64,000 bases of DNA from Deltaproteobacteria bacterium (lineage in GTDB: Bacteria; Desulfobacterota; DSM-4660; Desulfatiglandales; Desulfatiglandaceae), in assembly GCA_019307815.1 (NCBI GenBank), contig JAFDIV010000003.1, positions 6,353 through 70,352 of the forward strand. The letters are read 5' to 3'. Shown piece after piece: positions 18,052 through 24,922 of the stretch. The notes under the pieces were generated by a model. That model made no database searches. It saw only the letters and a program-made list of their open reading frames with translations, and was not told the DNA's origin. How positions within the stretch are numbered: the stretch's first letter is position 1; each line of letters starts with the position of its first letter. The position numbers and the translations under genes were made by a program.

Positions 18052-19037
18052 GGCGCATCTCCCGCGTTGAGATTCCACACGCGCAGCCGCCCCATCCCGC
18101 GGGTGTTCATTCCCCCTACGCCAAGATGTATAAAGAGAGAGAGGCCGTCCTTCACTGTGGTCTTCACTTTGTCGATATCGCCGTTAGGATGGTCGGGATC
18201 GCTGAGCGGAATAACCGACTCGGTCCCCTTTTTGCCATTTTTCTCAACGGTTCTGGCGATGCGATAGTACTTGGGGTCGCTGATCACCACGTCAAAATAC
18301 AGCACGCTAGCACGGGGTAGGGCTTCGTAAGTGAAGAGCGCTTTCTCGGCCGCAGCGCCGGTCTGCGGGTCAATGCTCACCGAGGTGCGCACCTCCAGGT
18401 TGTCGTTTACGATATGGCCAAACATCTTGTTAGAAACCAGCACGGCGCATTTGAGAATCTCCTGGGGAACACCGGGAAACTTTTGGGTATCCAGGGCGAA
18501 GTTGTTTCCCGCCACCTCCAGCATCAGCCAGCCCAGGTTGAGTTTGCCGCTCTGCTGCACGCCAGCGGCAACGCGCACCTTGCCATCGTCATCTATTTTG
18601 GGCGGATTTTCAATGCCCGCGCTGCCCAGAGCGTCCGCGCAGGTGATCCAGACGGGGCCAGCCAGGGAGTGGACGGGGAAGAAGAGCAGTCGCGCGTCGA
18701 AAAACTGCGCCAGGCCCTGGAAACTGCCGCCTTCGCCTTTGGAAAAGCCAAAGGTCACACAGATGGGGCAATCGGGCCGGCCGCAGTGACCTTGGAAACC
18801 CCGGTCTTTGTCAGCCTGCCCCTGGCCAGCGCAGCCGGGGAACTTGCCCTCTTCCTGCATCGCGGCGTAGGTGCGTGCCGCACCGGAAAGGCTGGTGCCG
18901 GGAATTTTGGGGAGATCTGTCCCAGGCTCGCGCACGATGCTCATGTCAACGCGCCCCAGGCGCATCCCGCCCGTCCCCACGTGGATTGGGTCGAGGGCGA
19001 GGGCTAAATACTTGGTTACGTCAGATTGATAAACCAT
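18048..19037 (-). CDS. cmr4: Type III Cas7 backbone RAMP (Cmr4/Csm3-like)
   Basis: 329 aa. DPIHVGTGGMRLGRVDMSIVREPGTDLPKIPGTSLSGAARTY matches the Cmr4/Csm3 N-terminal motif, including the Asp at the RNA-cleavage position. There is a 4-Cys insertion (C...HCGRPDCPICVTFGF) and a C-terminal GVGGMNTRGMG G-rich loop. Confidence 0.8.
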   Translation of the reverse strand: MVYQSDVTKYLALALDPIHVGTGGMRLGRVDMSIVREPGTDLPKIPGTSLSGAARTYAAMQEEGKFPGCAGQGQADKDRGFQGHCGRPDCPICVTFGFSKGEGGSFQGLAQFFDARLLFFPVHSLAGPVWITCADALGSAGIENPPKIDDDGKVRVAAGVQQSGKLNLGWLMLEVAGNNFALDTQKFPGVPQEILKCAVLVSNKMFGHIVNDNLEVRTSVSIDPQTGAAAEKALFTYEALPRASVLYFDVVISDPKYYRIARTVEKNGKKGTESVIPLSDPDHPNGDIDKVKTTVKDGLSLFIHLGVGGMNTRGMGRLRVWNLNAGDAP

Positions 19038-19038
19038 T

Positions 19039-21819
19039 TCACGCCTCCTTGATCTTCAGTTTGAGAATGTGCAGATAAAGTTCCAGGCAGCGGGCAAACC
19101 GGCCACTGATCACGTCTTCCGGTGAAACTACATCGGGCAAAGGGTTGCTTTCCTTGTCTTTACGTTCAAACAGCCCGCCCTCCTTGAGCGTTGTTCGCGT
19201 CAGACGCCTAAACTCCTCGCTGTCCTTGCCCCAGGTCGCGCCTTTGCTTTCCAAGAGCGCCTGCACATTGCGCAGGCCGGTATCGGTGATTCCACTCTTT
19301 TTCAGGGCGCCCCACATCTCCATCAGCCGGGGGAGCTCCTCCAACAACAGCACATCTTGCTGCGGGTCGAAGCGGAAGCGCTTTGCGGTGTGGTCCAGCC
19401 AGAGGTAAGCCAGGCGCGAGGGGGTAACCTCAACCACGTCGTGCTGCTTCAAGTCGTTCACGTGCACAAGCCAACTGCCATTTTGCTGGAAACGATACCG
19501 GCGGCGATCCGCGGTGCCATCGGCGAACTGTTTGACGTAAAAGTAGGGATACCAGTAGTCTGGCGTCGTGCCGTCACCCATCAAGGTTGGGATGTTCCAT
19601 TCAACACCATTTGTAAATGTGATTTGACCGTTGGTCACGTCCTGCGCCAGCGTCCACGATTCCTCTTCCAGGGGAACTGCCAGCATCCGCCGCGCAGTAT
19701 CCATCGCTGCCATCAGCGGCATTTTACGTGGGAAGAAGACGATGCCCAGGAAAAGCGGCAGGCGATTTTGGACTTTGCCCATCTGGTTCTGGTATTCGCT
19801 CTTGATTTTTTCGGCAATTTCCAGCGCCTCGGATGCTGGTACGAGGGCCATGAAGCGGTCGGGGGATTCCGGAAGGGAAAGGTAAGGAACATACGTTTGG
19901 ATCGGTTCGCCGCTCAGGGATTGCACATGTTGAACGGTAAAAGTTCGTGTCCGAGTGGGCCGATCGGGGAGGGAGACCGTGCACATGCGCCCGTGCCATT
20001 CCCTGACCAAACCGGGTTCATCTTTGGCCTGGGAAACGCCCAGTTGCAGGTTGCTGATGGTGATAAAACGCTTCTCCTGGTCCTGCCAGAGGAGGCTCAC
20101 CGCTTTGCCGTTGATGGTCCCGTCGTAAGGGGCACCCTCTTGCCAGCCGCCTGTAGTATCTGGGATAACGGCCACCCTCGCACAGCGAAGGGGGTCTTGC
20201 CCACCGAAAGATTGCCCGGCCAAGATGCTTCCCAACACTGTCTCTGTCCAGAATCGCTGACAGGTCTCCCAGACGCGGCGCAGCCGGGCCGGGGATGGGT
20301 TCTTGGGTGTGCAGGCGGCGGGATTGTTCTCAACCGCCTTGACCAGCATGGTCTGCACCAGGTCGCCGGAAAGCCAGCGGTCCAGGCCGAATTTTCCCAC
20401 GATCAGCGCTACCCGGCCGTTGTGGTCGGCGATCTCGTCGATCCAGATCGTTTGCTGAGGATTGCTTTCCCAGGCTTTGATGCGGGACACACGCCGTTTC
20501 AGGCACTTCTCACATGCCTGGTTGCCCTCGCGCTTGGGCCGCAGGCAGCAGACGGGGCAGACCTCCCATTTACCTGGCCCCACCGTCGTCCACTGCTGCT
20601 GCCAGCAGGCGCTTAGATTTTGGCTATCGAAGGGCTGCGCCAACGCTTCTAGCGCTTCCTTGCGCGCCTTGCCCAGGATACCCTTGAGTTGCTCAGCGGC
20701 GGTATTGCCGTCACCCTCCGTGACAACAATGCGCGGGGCGAGTTCCATCTCCACCTTTTCCACGCGGCGGCGGATTTCCTGCGCCAGGTCAGCGGGCAAG
20801 TCCAGATCGGGGAAGGTGAAGTAGATGCCGCTGGTGTCGCGATAGATTTCGTTGCCGAGGGGGTATACCTCCTCGATCAGTTTCTTGACCGTTTCACAGG
20901 CTTTCTCCACGGCGCGCCGGTAGCCGAGCAGGTCACCGATTTTGATCGCTTTGGCGTAGAGACCGAGTACATCGAAATTGATGCGGAGGAGGCGCCAGCG
21001 GAGATCGTGGTCAATGACCTTATCTGACCAACTTTTCCACTGCCTTATGTCTGGCTGCTGGTTCCCAAGCAACGCTCCAGCAATAGCTGGTTTGAAAAGT
21101 GCGCCGACGATCCAACTCCAGTCTGACAGGACTACTTCATTGATAGGTCGGCGAGTATCTCCTAGACCGGAAACGAATTCGCTCAGAATCACACCGCGCT
21201 TAGGGGGAACAAGTAACCCCTGAAGGCGGTTATCCAAACTTTGTGGAGATGTATTGACAACAACCTTCTGCCCTTCATAGCCGAAAGCGGTGCTGATGAA
21301 TACATCAGGCCAAGTTTGATCGCCTTGACCTTTTGGTGGATCTTGCTTGTCTACATGGGCTTCGTTGTGACATACGCCGAGGACCGCCGCAAGCCACCCC
21401 GATTTTCCATCCAATAACTGAGAGCGATTTCTAGCAGTAGCGAACCCCGGCGTTCCAAGCATGATGAGTTCAGCTAGGGAATAACTTTCACTGAATAAGC
21501 TAATGGTTGCATTCTGCAAAAAGTTCTTGAGGTTGCGAGAAATGAAATCGGCCGCTTTCGGAGTTTGCGCATTCAAAACGTTATTCAATACATCCGGCTT
21601 TCTGAGTGATGCCGCTGCTTTGCTCAGGCGGATGACAGAGCCTGGATTGTCTATAATGGCCTTGTAAGCATGGTTGTTCGACCACCTTTTCTTTCCTTTT
21701 GTCGCATTTGACTCGACATGTAAATTGCAAAATTTCCCCCCATCATGCAGCAGCGCCGCCACCTCCGCCAGGAGCAGGGCGTCGCGGTTATCGGCCAGTA
21801 CTTTCAAATCAATCGTCAT
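19039..21819 (-). CDS. cas10: Cas10-like large subunit with an N-terminal HD motif and a degenerate cyclase (palm) motif
   Basis: 926 aa. It has the HD motif AALLHDGGKF plus downstream VCHNEAH, a Zn-finger-like CPVCC...CEKC, and palm-like segments IWIDEIADHNGRVALIVGKFG, SPARLRRVWETCQRFW and SPDRFMALVPASEALEIAEKI...LFLGIVFF. There is no GGDD string anywhere. Confidence 0.75.
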   Translation of the reverse strand: MTIDLKVLADNRDALLLAEVAALLHDGGKFCNLHVESNATKGKKRWSNNHAYKAIIDNPGSVIRLSKAAASLRKPDVLNNVLNAQTPKAADFISRNLKNFLQNATISLFSESYSLAELIMLGTPGFATARNRSQLLDGKSGWLAAVLGVCHNEAHVDKQDPPKGQGDQTWPDVFISTAFGYEGQKVVVNTSPQSLDNRLQGLLVPPKRGVILSEFVSGLGDTRRPINEVVLSDWSWIVGALFKPAIAGALLGNQQPDIRQWKSWSDKVIDHDLRWRLLRINFDVLGLYAKAIKIGDLLGYRRAVEKACETVKKLIEEVYPLGNEIYRDTSGIYFTFPDLDLPADLAQEIRRRVEKVEMELAPRIVVTEGDGNTAAEQLKGILGKARKEALEALAQPFDSQNLSACWQQQWTTVGPGKWEVCPVCCLRPKREGNQACEKCLKRRVSRIKAWESNPQQTIWIDEIADHNGRVALIVGKFGLDRWLSGDLVQTMLVKAVENNPAACTPKNPSPARLRRVWETCQRFWTETVLGSILAGQSFGGQDPLRCARVAVIPDTTGGWQEGAPYDGTINGKAVSLLWQDQEKRFITISNLQLGVSQAKDEPGLVREWHGRMCTVSLPDRPTRTRTFTVQHVQSLSGEPIQTYVPYLSLPESPDRFMALVPASEALEIAEKIKSEYQNQMGKVQNRLPLFLGIVFFPRKMPLMAAMDTARRMLAVPLEEESWTLAQDVTNGQITFTNGVEWNIPTLMGDGTTPDYWYPYFYVKQFADGTADRRRYRFQQNGSWLVHVNDLKQHDVVEVTPSRLAYLWLDHTAKRFRFDPQQDVLLLEELPRLMEMWGALKKSGITDTGLRNVQALLESKGATWGKDSEEFRRLTRTTLKEGGLFERKDKESNPLPDVVSPEDVISGRFARCLELYLHILKLKIKEA

Positions 21820-22240
21820 CGGTCACCTCTTGGACAAGTTGTTCGATTCGATCGAGGATATTTTCGGCCGTAGTCAGGGCCTCTCTGGCTTCCTCTTCAC
21901 CAAATAACTCCCAGGGTAAACGACCACCGAATTCGTCTCCATAATCCGTCTGCACATGGAGCTGCGGACCTAGGGGCTGCCCCATTTCGGCTACATGTTG
22001 TACCTCATTCCCCCAGCGAGAGGGAATCTGTTGGCGGGCAACAAGTTCCAGCAAGATGCGCGCCGGATCATGTGTTTTTGGAACCGGTAGGAACACTCCA
22101 ATCAGGGCTTTCAAGGCGTTCTCGACTGCTAATTGGGCATGGGATACCGTGGCGCGCCACCGGCGCAAGCTGAGGTCCTGTCGGGCCTCGTCCAAAAAGC
22201 CGCGAGCCAGTTCAAGGCGAAACGTAACGTTCTCTTTCAT
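21809..22240 (-). CDS. HEPN-domain protein (toxin-type partner of the MNT)
   Basis: 143 aa from the first ATG (MKENVTF...); the longer listed ORF begins at a TTG. ARGFLDEARQDL...ATVSHAQLAVENALKALIG has the helical HEPN pattern. An R-x4-H string (RATVSH) is present, but I cannot confirm that it is the catalytic motif. Confidence 0.7.
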   Translation of the reverse strand: MKENVTFRLELARGFLDEARQDLSLRRWRATVSHAQLAVENALKALIGVFLPVPKTHDPARILLELVARQQIPSRWGNEVQHVAEMGQPLGPQLHVQTDYGDEFGGRLPWELFGEEEAREALTTAENILDRIEQLVQEVTDDD

Positions 22241-22731
22241 GTCGTCCACTCCAATGTCCAATGGCGTTGCGGGTTATCCCGCCAGAGCCAGATCCATTCG
22301 TTCTCGCCAATGGCCTGGCGTTCCAACCCCAAATCGGACAACTGCTTGCGCAAAGCGGACAGACGAACGGACAATAAGGCGTCGGTATTGTCATAGAGCA
22401 CAATGCCATCCAGGGCGATGTCCAGTGCAAGCGGTGTGACCCGAGCGAACCATTCTGAGGAGGTATACGCCAGGATGTTGACTTGATGTCGCCAGGACTG
22501 AGGAAGCAGGGCGAGAATCTGTTTTTGGCGATGCCAGGGGGAATCAGGAAGGTTTTCGGCGATGAGCAGCAGATCCCAATCGCTATCGGGGCGGGCTTCG
22601 TTGCGCGCCCGCGATCCGAACAACACAAGCGCCAGCAGGTTGTCGCCCAGGCCATGGTGTAACGATTCAACCACAGGAGCAAGGACGGCGAGATTATCCT
22701 TCGGGAACTTGTGGGAAGTCTGACTACTCAT
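22237..22731 (-). CDS. Minimal nucleotidyltransferase (MNT, antitoxin-type partner of the HEPN protein)
   Basis: 164 aa. LVLFGSRARNEARPDSDWDLLLI is the GS-x(n)-D-x-D pol-beta-type NTase signature. Confidence 0.8.
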   Translation of the reverse strand: MSSQTSHKFPKDNLAVLAPVVESLHHGLGDNLLALVLFGSRARNEARPDSDWDLLLIAENLPDSPWHRQKQILALLPQSWRHQVNILAYTSSEWFARVTPLALDIALDGIVLYDNTDALLSVRLSALRKQLSDLGLERQAIGENEWIWLWRDNPQRHWTLEWTT

Positions 22732-23672
22732 TGCGCGTCTCCTTGCTCTTTCAAAAGCGTTTCCACAAGCTCGCTCAATCCGGCGAATGAATCGAACTCA
22801 CGCTTCAACCAGATCGGCTCCGATGGTTCAACAGGCTTGGCAACTTCTGCAGGGGGTTTCTCCGTTTCTTTGATGCGGATTTGAACAAAGCCATCATTGA
22901 CTGACTCTTCCGCCACCCCATACCCACTGTTGCGTTTGGCAGAGAAGCCGTAGGTGAGGAACATCGCTTTTAGACTTTCAGCGACCAGGTTCAGGTCTTC
23001 CAGCGCCTGCCGTCGGATGTCGGCTTCGTCCCTGCCGATCAGATCAAAGGGGACATAGAGCAAGGAGAAAGTGCCGTGCGCTCCGGCGGGGACACTCTCA
23101 AACAGAATTGGGTTTTTCCCCACACGGCGTTTGCGATCGTGGGGATTGATGATTTCAAGGCTGGTTTCAGTAAAGAAAGTCGGGTAGAAAAACAGGCGCC
23201 CAGCTTTGCCGTCTTCTTCGCCGCGAATTTCACCAAAGAGGCGCTGCATTTGTTCTTCATTTTGTTTATCGTGTCCCAACTGCCAGAGTGCCGAATACAG
23301 GTTGCCTTTCCAACTGGTGGAGCGCACCATCGGCAACTGGAAGACTTTATCGCGCACAATGGGGTTGTCGATGATGTAGAAGGGATTATCGTCTTTGGAA
23401 ATGTAGGGCCTGGTAAGGGTGAAGGTGAACTGCAGAAACCAGGAAAAGGGCGGAAGGGGATTGAGCTCAATAGTCGGACTTGCAATCATCTGCCAGAGCT
23501 CATTGCTGGGTTCAGAAAAAGAAATTTTGTCTGCTTTTTTGCTCCATGCAGCACGCAAGTTGTCTGCATCCTTCTTTTTACCCTCTGCTATCAGCCGATG
23601 GTAATGGACAGTAACCCCATCAGTATTTTGAGGGTTGCGTTTATCCAATTCAACGAAATAGTCTATGCTCAT
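22728..23672 (-). CDS. cmr6: Type III RAMP (Cmr6/Csm5-like Cas7-group subunit)
   Basis: 314 aa from MSIDYF.... An AGGAGG RBS lies upstream, and the ATG overlaps the cmr1-like stop as ATGA. It has PMVRSTSWKGNLYSALW (the S-x-KG-x-xR/S pattern) and RLFGEIRGEEDGKAGRLFFYPTFF (FG...G-x-l-x-f). Confidence 0.7.
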   Translation of the reverse strand: MSIDYFVELDKRNPQNTDGVTVHYHRLIAEGKKKDADNLRAAWSKKADKISFSEPSNELWQMIASPTIELNPLPPFSWFLQFTFTLTRPYISKDDNPFYIIDNPIVRDKVFQLPMVRSTSWKGNLYSALWQLGHDKQNEEQMQRLFGEIRGEEDGKAGRLFFYPTFFTETSLEIINPHDRKRRVGKNPILFESVPAGAHGTFSLLYVPFDLIGRDEADIRRQALEDLNLVAESLKAMFLTYGFSAKRNSGYGVAEESVNDGFVQIRIKETEKPPAEVAKPVEPSEPIWLKREFDSFAGLSELVETLLKEQGDAQ

Positions 23673-24892
23673 TTTGTTCCTCCTGCGCCCTGTTCCAGAA
23701 TATCTTTGCCCAATACCGCTGAGATTTTTTGGGCTTTTGTATCGAAAACGTGTCGCATGTACTCTTCCAGCATGGCTATCAATGCCTGTGGGGTGGGTAA
23801 TCGGTGTTGGAGCTCTGGCGGCAAAAATGCCCAAACGCGCAAGATATAAACCTCTTTGCTTTCTGGCTTCTGGTAAGGCATTCCAAAGAAGACGCGGCTG
23901 GCTGTGCGAAAATCATCATCAATTTGTCCTTGATTGTTACCCCTTCCCCATTGGGAGCGGGGACCTAAAAGGATGTCGAGTTCTTCCAATTTTTGAGGAT
24001 CAGTTGTTTCCTTCCAGCCTTTGCCCTTAAGCCATTGGCGCATCCCAAAGTTGCCTGTGCCTTTGTAACGCAAATCAAAGGCGCAAGGAATGTAACGATT
24101 CTTCTCCCTTTTGTTGGTCTTGCCGATGTGCGTCCTTTCTGTTGTGAAAGCGTTCAATTGGCTTTTGGAAATCTCAAAAGTGAGGCTGACCAGTTTACGC
24201 AGGTCAAACGGCGTTTCAACGACAGGGCCACTGGAACGAAGTACACCCATTCGGAGTTTGGCTTGTAAATCTTGTATCCCTCTCTCCAGGGTGATGTCAT
24301 TCACCTGCATAGGAAAGACAAATTGCCCAAAGCCATGCTGCAACCTCGCCCCAATGCCACCATATTCAGCCGCAACGCGCAGGATCAGGGCAAACTGACT
24401 CCTGGCGTACTCTGCATCGGACCGGCGGGAGACAAATTGAAAGAGGAGTTCTCCATAGGGCACTTGTAACGAGTCAATATTCTGATTCTCGCCGCCGAAG
24501 ACGCGTTTTAGCCACCCTTGATTCATTTTGATGGTTGTGCGAAAGTGCAAGGGGGTCATAGGTACTTCCATTGCTCTCAACTGAAATAGCCGTGCCCAAC
24601 CTGTTGTCCCAAAAAGGTAACAAACCGGGCACACGCTATTCAGTCCAGCGTTGATAGCTTCGGCTTCAGGCTTACCATCCCTTTTAGCTTGTTCGTAAGA
24701 TTTGGCATCGAACTCACATCGCGTTTTTGGGTCTTCACTCGTCGGATCACATGCATATCCTCCTAGGCCTCGCACAATGGCCTCATACCACCACCGCAGT
24801 GAGCCAATGATGCCGGTCTCGTGCAGGCGGTCGCATGTCCGATCCACCCCTCCGGTCCAGAGCGGAGTCAGTGTCCTTATTTTTATGTCCAT
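23669..24892 (-). CDS. cmr1: Type III RAMP (Cmr1-like Cas7-group subunit)
   Basis: 407 aa. RTLTPLWTGGVDRTCDRLHETGIIGSLRWWYEAIVRGLGG resembles the Cmr1 N-terminal signature. There is a 4-Cys insertion ending CPVCYLFGTTGW. Confidence 0.7.
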   Translation of the reverse strand: MDIKIRTLTPLWTGGVDRTCDRLHETGIIGSLRWWYEAIVRGLGGYACDPTSEDPKTRCEFDAKSYEQAKRDGKPEAEAINAGLNSVCPVCYLFGTTGWARLFQLRAMEVPMTPLHFRTTIKMNQGWLKRVFGGENQNIDSLQVPYGELLFQFVSRRSDAEYARSQFALILRVAAEYGGIGARLQHGFGQFVFPMQVNDITLERGIQDLQAKLRMGVLRSSGPVVETPFDLRKLVSLTFEISKSQLNAFTTERTHIGKTNKREKNRYIPCAFDLRYKGTGNFGMRQWLKGKGWKETTDPQKLEELDILLGPRSQWGRGNNQGQIDDDFRTASRVFFGMPYQKPESKEVYILRVWAFLPPELQHRLPTPQALIAMLEEYMRHVFDTKAQKISAVLGKDILEQGAGGTK

Positions 24893-24922
24893 GAGGTCAA
24901 GCCTCCCTTCATAATCCTGGTT

